From positions 2,969,060-3,033,059 of the forward strand of contig NW_003314269.1 of assembly GCF_000143415.4 (NCBI RefSeq): 64,000 nucleotides of DNA. Reading direction: 5' to 3'. Below the pieces are notes generated by a model. The model searched no databases. It saw only the letters and a list, made by a program, of their open reading frames with translations, and was not told where the DNA came from. Origin of the DNA: Selaginella moellendorffii (Eukaryota; Plantae; Lycopodiophyta). The translations under genes and the position numbers were made by a program. Below are positions 45,469-55,856 of the stretch, in pieces; within the stretch, counting starts at the first letter, position 1, and every line of letters begins with the position of its first letter.

Positions 45469-48400
45469 ATGGCAAAGGTTTTGTTCAGCAGCTTTCAACA
45501 GACTGGCATCAGCGGAAGCCTCAAGTCCGGCCAGTTATCTGGAGTTTTCATCAATGGCACTAATCTCAAGAGCAACGCACACGCGAAGCGATTCCGGAAA
45601 AACTCAAGTAAGCGGAGCAGTTGTCGTTTAAGTTTTGCACTAACCTCGGCCTCTTAAATGCAGCCTCCTCGATCACTATTAGATGTTGTGCTTCCAACTC
45701 ACCGACATTGGAAAACACGAAGCTAGCTGGGGCTCCAGTAAGTCGAAGCACCATCGTTTCGAGCTTGAGTGGAGCTGATTTCTTCCTACTTGTTCACAGG
45801 AGAAGCGGCAAAAGAAGAAGCAGCTGCCATACCAAGGCATTCTCCACGTCCCTGGCGATCGCGTCGAGGAGCTTGATACCAGAGAAACCTCGCTGCTCGT
45901 CGCGGAAGTGAAGGGATGGCTCATGAAACTCGCGAGTGGCAAGGGGGAAATTAGTCCTTCGGCTTACGACACTGCCTGGGTGGCTCGAATCGCGTCCGAG
46001 TCCGACTCCTCTCTTCCCGAGTTCCCGGAGGCCCTGGAGTGGATCATCAACAGTCAACTTCCGGATGGATCATGGGGTGATGATCGTCACTTGCAACTCT
46101 ATGACAGAGTATTATCCACGCTCTCATGCCTGGTCACGCTCAAGACCTGGGACATCGGGCACAACAGCATTGCGCAAGGTGTGCTTCTACAACTTTTCTT
46201 TTCTGATCTTCTGGTATTACATCTATTCGCCTCTGATTCTTGATCACAGGCACGAAGTTTTTGCGTGAAAACATGATCAAGCTCAAGCAAGACGATGGAG
46301 ATCTCTTGTCAGGTTTCGAGGTGACGTTCCCAATGATGCTCCACGAAGCCAAGCAGCTGGGCCTTGATATTCCGTACGAGACAGAGTTCACAAGGCTGCT
46401 GGAGATTTCCACCAAGAAGAAATTGGCCAAGTGAGTTCCTCTACATGTAACATATGTGTTGAAGACGTTTGGTGTTCGCCCAGGATCCCTTTGGATAAAC
46501 TCCATTCCGCTCCCACGACGTTGTTATACTCCTTGGAAGGCCTTCAAGACCTTGAGATCGACTGGCAGAAGATCCTCAAGCTCCAGTCTAAAGATGGATC
46601 CTTTTTGAGCTCGCCTTCGTCAACAGCATGTGTTTACTTGAAGACCAAGGACAGGAAATCGTTGCAATACTTGCAAAATGCTATGGAAGATCAAAACTAT
46701 GCTGGTAAATTGGCTGTCTTCTTCAATCCTTTGCGCTAATCGACTTTATTTTGCAGTTCCTTGCCATTACCCCATTGATCTTTTCGAAAGTTTATGGGTG
46801 GTCGACACCATTGAGAGGCTGGGGATTGACGTCTTCTTCAGAGATGAGATCAAAGCCGTCCTCGACTATGTGTACAGGTACAATGCCTTGGTGCTTATAA
46901 TACTTACGAAGCTCTTCTTTTTGTGTTTGTATCAGCTTTTGGACAAACGAAGGAATCGGATGGGGATCTACATGCTTAGTCAATGACATAGACGACACAG
47001 CAATGGCATTCCGTATCCTTCGGATGCATGGATACAATGTATCTCCAGGTAAAATAGTTTTGTGGTGGAAGAATCTGTAATTCACTAAAGTCTCTACAGA
47101 TGCATTCAACCAGTTCTGGCTGCCTGGAGACAAGTTTTGCTGCTTTGTTGGCGAATTATCACATGGGGTCTCTGAAATGCTCAACTTGCATCGGGCTTCC
47201 CAGGTCGATTTCCCGAACGAAGCGATTCTTACAAAGACTTTCAAGTACTCCCACGATTATCTACTGAATGTTGACAGCGCTCACATGGATAAATGGGCAA
47301 CGAAGAAAAACCTCATGGGAGAGGTAATGAGATTCAGATAGCTTGGAAACTCATATGTTTGTTGTTTCTACAGGTGGCATTTGAGCTAGCAAATCCATTC
47401 CATGACTGCTTGCCGAGGATTTATAATAATGCTTATATCAAGCACTATGGCATGGATGATCTTTGGATTGCTAAGACTATTTATCGGCAAGTATCCATAT
47501 AAACCTCTAAAATCCCATAACTTTGTTTATCTCTTTACAGGTTGCCTCTAGTGAATAACAAAGTGTTTCTAGAGCTTGCAAATCGGTATGCTCAACAATG
47601 TCAATTGTATCAACCTGCGGAACTGACAAAATTGGTCAAGTAAGCAAAAAGAATTTCTTAGCCAAGTGGCTAATTCTAATGTTTGACTTGGTGTGTTTTT
47701 CCATTTAGTTGGTGGCATTCATCGCGCTTCGAAGATATACCGTCTACCAGATTAACAGCGAATATTGATATGCTCCCTTATATTTACTATGTGATCTGTG
47801 CAACTTTCCATGAGCAAGAATTTGCCCAGTTGAGAGTTTTCTTCTCAAAGGCTTGTTGTCTGAACACTTTATTTGATGATCTTATGGACTGTGCAACAAG
47901 CATTGAAGAGCTAGATCGTCTCCAAAATGTGATTGAAAGGTTAGATGCATCAATTTTTAGAAGTTTTAATAACTCTTTGCTTCCTCTTTTGGTCTTTCAG
48001 GTGGGATATCTCTTTGTCGCATGAACTTCCTCTAGAATATAGGATTCCCTTTCAAGAATTCTATAATACCGTTCTTGTTATGACCGAGGCAGCATCCAAA
48101 ATACATAAAAATCTGTCTCCAGAATTTATTTGCAAATACCTGTCTGGAATTGTAAGTATCACATTTTTTTTATATGGGTTGTTGTTTACATTAATCTTTG
48201 CAGTACACAAAACTTATAAAATCCGAGATTGCTGATGCTCGTTGGAAAATTGAAGGATACATACCAAGTTTTGAGGAGTACATGGAGAATGCTGAAGTTA
48301 GCATCTCCACTTGGGTCCATGTACTTATGAGCATATTATTTTGTGGGGAGCCTCTAACGGAAGAAATATTAAACACTATTTATGATAGTAGGCCTCTCAA

Positions 48401-48815
48401 GCTTGATCGAATCATCTCTAGGCTCTGCAATGACATCCAAACATATAAGGTTCTCTTTCATAGATTTTGGGTTGTAAGTATTAAAAGTTTTTTTTTCTTT
48501 TAGATTGAGATGAAACTTGGACAACCAACACAAGGAGTTTCTTGCTACATGAAAGAACATCCAGGTGCAACTGAAGAAGATGCATTAGTATATTTGCAAA
48601 GCTTGCTTGAGAAAACCAAAAGGGAACTCAATGAAAGCTACTTCATCACTCATGAGAATGATCTACCTAAAAACATCAAGAGGTTTAATTTTGAAATGGT
48701 GCGGATGATGTTAATCACCTACAACGAAACAAGACAGGTAGATCTTTTCAGAAACCCCGACAACGAGCTTAAAGACATGATAAAGTTTTGTTTAGAAACT
48801 TATAGAACTTTGTGA
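45469..48815 (+). CDS. MDS: Bifunctional class II/class I diterpene synthase, miltiradiene synthase (SmMDS or an allele of it), multi-exon
   Basis: Transit peptide [13 protein letters not shown]; SAYDTAW; QLPDGSWG; DIDD at spliced residues 389-392 by manual count (fits recalled SmMDS numbering); DDLMD; [12 protein letters not shown]. Confidence 0.9.
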
Positions 48816-49688
48816 TAAAATTACTATAAAATATGATAATAACTAGAATTCTTTTTCCAAATTTCAAGCTCTCTAAAACTGATTAGAATTATTGATTAAT
48901 CAAAAATAAATTCTATAGGAAATTATTTTGTTTATAATTTACCTTATCAAACATGATTTTTGTATGTACTTCATCAAGTACATCCAAATATATATTTTGT
49001 ATTATACTAAAACCAAAGAAATTAATATGTTATCAAAGTTAAAATTATAGCAAACATTGTTTTACAAGTCATTGCAAATGGTGGCATTATAATTTTCATA
49101 GAATGTTATGATTTTGATAAGTATATATTAAATATATTAAATAAATATCATTCCAAAATCCCAAATGCTGCTAAATCTATTATTTTTGGTAGAATTTATT
49201 GAAATTATATAAGAGTAAGAAAATATCATTATGAAATATATTTATCTGATACATTTTGTATAATTTAATTGTTATTTAGTTGATTATTACTACTGAGTAA
49301 ATAATAGTTTTTGTGTATTTAAAAGACTTAATCATATAAAAAAGGAAGACATTAAATAAGTGTGGAATAACCCAAAATTATACTTATTTAAAAAGAAATA
49401 AAAACTATATTTATATTATATTAAGTATACAAACCGTTGCACCAGACTATCATTGATAACCTTTGGTATTTCAACAAATCATCAGTGCTATTAAAAAATT
49501 ACGTACATAAACTAGAAGTTAATGCTGGCATTGTGGAACGTGAAGACGAAGCAAATAATGACTCTACTCAAGAAGCTAACTGTGTGAAGGTTGTTGAATC
49601 GGAAGCTTGAAATTATATAAATTGATACAAAATACATATTTATATAAACAATTCAATGTTCTTAATGAATAAATAATTTGTTATAAAA

Positions 49689-50866
49689 TCACCCCTCAAT
49701 AATTTTGACACCAGTGCTGTATATTAAAAAAAGTTAAATTTTTTAAAAAACTCACAGTACTTACCCAAAAGGAGATTGCTTAATGCTTAAAAGCTCAACA
49801 TTAAACTGGATCAGAAAAATGATTTAAAAAGAATATAGATTAAAAGCAAGATAAAAGTTTTTCTACCTTGAGTGTTGCATTTGGAGGAATCTCCTGAATT
49901 CCTTTGTCTCCATAGGCTAGTTCAGGTGGAACAATAAGCAAGCGCTAAGCAACAGAAGGCAAAGTAAAATCATTTGAGAAATTTGTGGTAAAATACTAGT
50001 ACCACTCCTCCAACTCTCATTCCTTGGACTCCCAAATCAAGGCCTTTAAGCACTAGTCCCTGGTCAGATGATCCAACATCAAAACCATAGGGCTGCACAA
50101 AAAGAAAATATAAAACATGAGAGTTATCAAGGTCTTAGATAAATAATACTCTGTACCGTTCCACCTGTAACACCCATTCCTTGACGACTAGTCATGAATG
50201 TTATTCCCTTCCATTTGGCAACATAATGGATCTGAGAAAAGATAATCACACAAAGTAAATAAAAATCTCGATTTTTTTTTATCATTTTACCGCAACTCGT
50301 GATCCTTTAACCGCAGGATTCCCACCTCCAACTTTTACATCATAATACCTTTGGCAAAATTTCAGGTTTTTCAGCAAAAAGATAGAGAAAAGTGCTCACT
50401 TGAGTCCATTTGGAAGTGTTGTATAATCGCTCTCAGGAACTTGCTCCGACCTCAACTGTATATACACACAATTGTAATGCACTCTACGAATTTTCCAAAT
50501 GCATAAATACTGCTCTCCGGCTGCTTGATATTGCATTGGCATTCCCCGCAGCCAACATTGTAGCTCCTACATTTGATCACACAAACCACAAAATATAAAC
50601 CATTGGAGAGGAAACAGTGGCAAATCTGGAAGAATTTGAGAGAGATTTTACTGGAATTTTACCACAAACTTACCCGCAATTGAGATTGTTTCCAAAACCA
50701 GCACACGCCTAGTCTGCTGCTCGCCCTGGCAAACAATGCGCTTGCCACTGCTCCTTTTGGGCTCAAACTTGGCGAGATTGTGAAAGCCATCCAAAGCCCT
50801 CAAAGAAATTTGAGAGCCACCACTACCTCTGCTCGAGCAAGGCGAGGAATGTAGCAAGATAGGCAT
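49689..50866 (-). CDS. FKBP16-4: Thylakoid-lumen FKBP-type peptidyl-prolyl isomerase, multi-exon
   Basis: AISSSRRA, VPESDYTTLPNGLK|YYDVKVGGG..AVKGSRVA|IHYVAKWKGITFMTSRQG, PYGFDVG, LKGLDLGVQGMRVGG, IVPPELAYG, ELLSIKQSPFG|..VKIIEG*. Confidence 0.9.
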
Positions 50867-50971
50867 CGTCCTATCGCCAATGGAGAGAATATCCGCATTC
50901 TCAATATCCACATATAACCCCACGCTTAGGGCTAATTCAAATTTTAAAGTTTTTGGCGCCAATTAGGGTTT

Positions 50972-53683
50972 ATGGCTCGGTGCTGCCAGGGCCTTAGCGC
51001 AGCAGCGCCAGCGCCCGCGGCCGATTTGCCCTCCAGTAGCAGCGGCGCGACCAGGCCCGCGCATCTCGTCCGCCTCCTTCGCGCCGCCGGTGATGATCGA
51101 TTGCTCTCGCAGGGCCGGAGGATCCACGCGCGCATTGTCAGCCTCGGCCTCGAGGAGGAGCTGGGCAACCATCTCCTGCGTCTCTATCTCAAATGCGAGA
51201 GCCTGGGCGACGTCGAGGAGGTCTTTTCTAGATTGGAGGTCAGGGACGAGGCGTCGTGGACGACGATCATCACCGCCTACACAGAGCACGGCCAGGCCAA
51301 GCGCGCGATCTGGATGTTCCACCGGATGCAGCAGGAAGGCGTGCGATGCGACGCCGTCACGTTCCTCGCGGTGCTCAAGGCGTGTGCCAGGCTCGGGGAT
51401 CTCTCGCAGGGGCGAAGCATCCACGCCTGGATCGTGGAAAGCGGTCTAGAGGGCAAATCGGTGCTCGCCAATCTCCTCCTCCACATCTATGGTTCTTGCG
51501 GCTGCGTTGCGAGCGCGATGCTTCTCTTCGAGAGAATGGAGAGAGATTTAGTCTCGTGGAACGCGGCAATCGCAGCAAATGCCCAGAGCGGGGATTTGGA
51601 CATGGCGCTGGAGCTCTTCCAGAGAATGCAGCTCGAGGGCGTGAGGCCCGCGAGGATCACTCTCGTCATCACCCTCAGCGTCTGTGCGAAGATTCGGCAA
51701 GCCCGGGCGATCCATTCCATTGTCCGGGAGAGTGGATTGGAACAAACGTTGGTGGTGAGCACGGCTCTCGCGAGCGCGTATGCCCGGCTCGGGCATCTGG
51801 ATCAAGCAAAGGAGGTCTTCGATCGAGCCGCCGAGAGGGACGTGGTGTCGTGGAACGCGATGCTGGGGGCGTATGCCCAGCACGGGCATATGTCCGAAGC
51901 AGCGCTTCTCTTCGCGAGGATGCTCCACGAGGGGATCCCGCCGAGCAAAGTCACGCTCGTCAATGCCAGCACCGGCTGCTCGAGCTTGCGATTTGGAAGG
52001 ATGATCCACGCCTGCGCGCTGGAAAAGGGGCTGGATCGAGATATCGTCCTCGGGAATGCGCTGCTGGACATGTACACGCGGTGTGGATCGCCGGAGGAAG
52101 CTCGCCATCTCTTCGAGGGGATCCCTGGCAACGCGGTGTCCTGGAACACGATGATCGCTGGAAGCTCGCAAAAGGGTCAGATGAAACGAGCGCTCGAGCT
52201 GTTCCAGAGGATGCAGCTCGAGGGAATGGCGCCGGTGCGAGCGACGTACCTCAACTTGCTCGAGGCGGTGGCCAGCAATCCGGAAGAAGCTCGAGCGATG
52301 GCCGAAGGGAGGAAGCTCCACTCCCGGATCGTCTCCTGCGGCTACGCCTCGGAGCCTGCGATTGGAACCGCGGTGGTGAAGATGTATGCGAGCTGTGGAG
52401 CGATCGACGAGGCGGCAGCGTCATTCCAGCGAGGAGCGATGGAGGATCGTCACGACGTTGTGTCCTGGAACGCGATCATCTCGAGCTTGTCCCAGCACGG
52501 CCACGGCAAGCGCGCGCTCGGCTTCTTCCGGAGGATGGATCTCCACGGCGTGGCTCCAAACCAGATCACCTGCGTCGCGGTGCTGGATGCCTGCGCTGGC
52601 GCTGCCGCACTGACGGAAGGAGTGATCGTCCACGACCACCTCCGCCACTCGGGCATGGAGTCCAACGTCTTCGTCGCCACTGCGCTGGCCAGCATGTATG
52701 GACGCTGCGGGAGCCTCGAGTCCGCCAGGGAGATCTTCGAAAAGGTGGCGGTGGAGCGGGATGTGGTGATCTTCAACGCGATGATCGCTGCGTACTCCCA
52801 GAACGGGCTCGCCGGAGAAGCGCTCAAGCTCTTCTGGAGGATGCAGCAGGAAGGATCCCGGCCGGACGAGCAGAGCTTCGTGAGCGTGCTGTCAGCTTGC
52901 AGCCACGGAGGTCTCGCGGACGAAGGCTGGGAGATCTTCCGGTCGATGAGGCAGAGCTATGGCATCGCCCCCAGCGAAGATCACTACGCCTGTGCCGTGG
53001 ACGTGCTGGGACGGGCTGGCTGGCTCGCGGACGCCGAGGAGTTGATACGATGCATGGACGTGAAGCCCACTGTCCTGGTGTGGAAGACGCTGCTCGGAGC
53101 TTGCCGGAAGTACCGCGATGTCGATCGAGGCCGGCTTGCAAACTCGATGGTCCGAGAGCTGGATCCTGGTGACGAGAGTGCCTACGTCGTCCTGTCCAAC
53201 ATCCTTGCCGGAGCTGGAAAATGGGACGAGGCCGCGGAAGTTAGAACCGAGATGGAGTCGAGAGGACTGAGGAAGCAGGCCGGGAAGAGCTGGATCGAGA
53301 TCAAGAGCCGGGTCCACGAGTTCGTCGCAGGTGATCGGTCTCATCCCAGGAGCGAGGAGATTTACCGGGAGCTCGAGCGGCTTCACGCGGAGATTCGAGA
53401 GATCGGCTACGTCCCGGACACGAGGCTTGTTCTGAGAAAGGTGGACGAGGCCGAGAAGGAGCGGCTGCTGTGCCAGCACAGCGAGAGGCTCGCCATCGCT
53501 CTGGGAGTGATGAGCTCTTCCACTGACACGGTGAGAGTGATGAAAAACCTTCGAGTCTGCGAGGACTGTCACAACGCAACCAAGTTTATATCCAAAATCG
53601 TGAACAAAGAGATCGTGGTGAGAGACACACACCGGTTTCACCACTTCGTAGATGGATCTTGCTCGTGCGGAGATTACTGGTAA
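50972..53683 (+). CDS. PLS-E-DYW PPR protein (organellar C-to-U editing factor), intronless
   Basis: P-L-S triplets, E domain, AGKSWIE box, HSERLA and CEDC zinc ligands, terminal CSCGDYW. Confidence 0.96.
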   Translation: MARCCQGLSAAAPAPAADLPSSSSGATRPAHLVRLLRAAGDDRLLSQGRRIHARIVSLGLEEELGNHLLRLYLKCESLGDVEEVFSRLEVRDEASWTTIITAYTEHGQAKRAIWMFHRMQQEGVRCDAVTFLAVLKACARLGDLSQGRSIHAWIVESGLEGKSVLANLLLHIYGSCGCVASAMLLFERMERDLVSWNAAIAANAQSGDLDMALELFQRMQLEGVRPARITLVITLSVCAKIRQARAIHSIVRESGLEQTLVVSTALASAYARLGHLDQAKEVFDRAAERDVVSWNAMLGAYAQHGHMSEAALLFARMLHEGIPPSKVTLVNASTGCSSLRFGRMIHACALEKGLDRDIVLGNALLDMYTRCGSPEEARHLFEGIPGNAVSWNTMIAGSSQKGQMKRALELFQRMQLEGMAPVRATYLNLLEAVASNPEEARAMAEGRKLHSRIVSCGYASEPAIGTAVVKMYASCGAIDEAAASFQRGAMEDRHDVVSWNAIISSLSQHGHGKRALGFFRRMDLHGVAPNQITCVAVLDACAGAAALTEGVIVHDHLRHSGMESNVFVATALASMYGRCGSLESAREIFEKVAVERDVVIFNAMIAAYSQNGLAGEALKLFWRMQQEGSRPDEQSFVSVLSACSHGGLADEGWEIFRSMRQSYGIAPSEDHYACAVDVLGRAGWLADAEELIRCMDVKPTVLVWKTLLGACRKYRDVDRGRLANSMVRELDPGDESAYVVLSNILAGAGKWDEAAEVRTEMESRGLRKQAGKSWIEIKSRVHEFVAGDRSHPRSEEIYRELERLHAEIREIGYVPDTRLVLRKVDEAEKERLLCQHSERLAIALGVMSSSTDTVRVMKNLRVCEDCHNATKFISKIVNKEIVVRDTHRFHHFVDGSCSCGDYW

Positions 53684-53689
53684 GGAGCT

Positions 53690-55072
53690 TTACTTGGACA
53701 TCTTGGCTGTGAGCTCGCGGACGAGCTTGGCTGCGACCATTGCCGTCATCCCGTCGACAGTGTCCCGCTGTGGATTAAACTCGACAACGTCCGCGCCAAC
53801 AATGTTGCCTTCGAGGTTCTGGACGATGTCCATCACGTCTCGGAAAGAAAGGCCGCCGGGCTCGATGTGGGAGACGCCGGGAGCAAAAGCCGGATCCAGG
53901 CAGTCGACGTCGATCGAGATATAGACTCCTTTCACGCCCTCACCAAGTTTCTGAGAAAGCAGCAAACAGTCACTACTTGCTAGAGCAAGCTATCATATAT
54001 TACCAGATTTTGAAGCTTTTCTTTGTCCTTGCTGAAGTGTCTCATTTCGTACTGCTCGACTCCATACTTTTGGCCCTGGTCTCTCCCTTCTTTGTTTATC
54101 GATCGTAGTCCAACCTGGAACAAAAAAAGTCACCATCCACAGATTTTAATACTCGGGAGAGAGGATAGAACCAACATCGTCACACCTGTAGTAGCCGCCT
54201 TGCATGGCCACCCTCCATGATTCTCGCAAACGAGGATGCGTGAGAGAACTTGTTTCCTTCGAAAGCGTGATAGATATCCGGATGAGCATCCAAATGTAAC
54301 ACGTCGACAGGACCGCCGAGATGCTCTGTAACAGCACGCACCGCGGGATACGAGATGGAATGATCGCCTCCCAGAATCAAAGGCGTCAGTGGGGGCTGCC
54401 AAAATCAAGGGAAAAAAAGAGTTAATGGTCGTGCTCTAGTCTGTGCTTTGTTGGAAACTTCAAAGAGAGCAAAGATATGCGAAGATACCTGGTCCATGAC
54501 GAGCTTGACAGAATCACTGATGATTTGCATCAGAGCTTCGTCTTCCACACCGCAACTTCGCATCTCTTGGATTTGGACGTCCCCTACATCCGTCAAGATT
54601 CGAATGTCCGCAAGCTCCTTGCCTGTACAGAAAGAAAAAGGGATGTTGAGCACATATGGGTTTCGAGCGAGAGCTCAATCCCAAAACAAAGTACCTGCCT
54701 CGGTGGTGGAGTTTGTACTACCACACCAGATAGCCTCGCGAATGCGAGGAGGGGCAAATGCGGGACCTTGCAAGAAGGAAGAATTGTGACCAAGAGGGAC
54801 TCCCAGCAGGCACGATGTGGCTTTAGCACCGCCGGCAGCACGAACTTGCTCGGCCTGGTAGAACGAAAGAGAGAGCAAAATATCGATCGATCGATCACAA
54901 CATATCGAAATATCGATCGATTCAATCGAGATCCAATGCTTACCTTGAGATGCGCCCGCTCGCGGATCAGAGTGAGCGAGGCGCCGGTCACTCTATTCTG
55001 GCCATCGACGAGAGTGCTCCATTCCACCGCCGACGAGATTTTCCTCACGAGATTGCTCGACGCTCTCTTCAT
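53690..55072 (-). CDS. ARGAH: Mitochondrial arginase / ureohydrolase, multi-exon
   Basis: GVPLGHNSSFLQGPAFAPPRIREAIWCGSTNSTTE, LGGDHSISYP, HLDAHPDIY, SIDVDCLDPAFAPGVSHIEPGGLSFR. Confidence 0.96.
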
Positions 55073-55856
55073 GAATAAAGAAATGCCCTAGCTTCTCGGT
55101 AGATTGATTGAGGCAGCAAAGTTTAAATCCCGAGAGCCATTGACCATTGACTGATAAACACTCTATTCTGGACGGTGGAACTGAGAGCCCTAGTCAACAG
55201 AGGTCAGCGCTGCATCGAACGGGCAAAAGATGCCACACGCGTGGGAATTGATGCATCCTGGCCGTTACAACGGTGATCCACGGGCGGGAAGTTACGTCGA
55301 CGAGAGCGGATCCTGGCCGCCCATTTTTCGCGCCGTCAACCGGGTCAGGGCGGTAACAAAAGTTAGTGTTAATCCGTGCCAAACCGCGCGATTGGTGCAC
55401 AGCAGCGGCGGACCACGCGTGTGAGGGTGGGGCGCAATCGCGCTGTTTTCACAATGTATGTGGATAATAGGTAGCAGTGTGCCACAAATGAGAAAACCCA
55501 AAGAAAGTCTGGCTCTAGGGTAGGGTTTGAGAGAGAGGCAAGACAGGGACGGGGGTTTCCGTCCGGGGCGTGGCATTGCGGGAGTGCGATCGATCGGGAG
55601 GGGCGGCGAGGGATCTGTCGCACCGGGCGTGAAATCCTCGGCTAGGATCTGGCTGGCGAGAAAGAAAGATCGCAGCGTCCGAGGTGAGGGTTTGGTTCCA
55701 CCGATTGATCTGGGAAAAGATTCCAATCGCGCAAGGGTTTGCGCGTGGCAGATCGAGCAGCGCTGCTGGTAATGCTGCTGGAGCACGATTCCGGAGAGAT
55801 ATGTGCGCAGTAGGGGCAGGATTTTGGGGCTCAGGTGTGTGTATGGGTGAGGGAGA

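Noticed and set aside
51256-53172. 638-aa alternative-frame ORF within the PPR-DYW gene
   Set aside because: Arg/Gly/Ala-rich shadow ORF expected from high GC3 codon usage; no recognisable domain
55255-55335. MSA-like AACGG and E2F-like TTTCGCGC motifs between arginase and the CK1-like gene
   Set aside because: Short motifs in GC-rich DNA; cannot be distinguished from chance without conservation data
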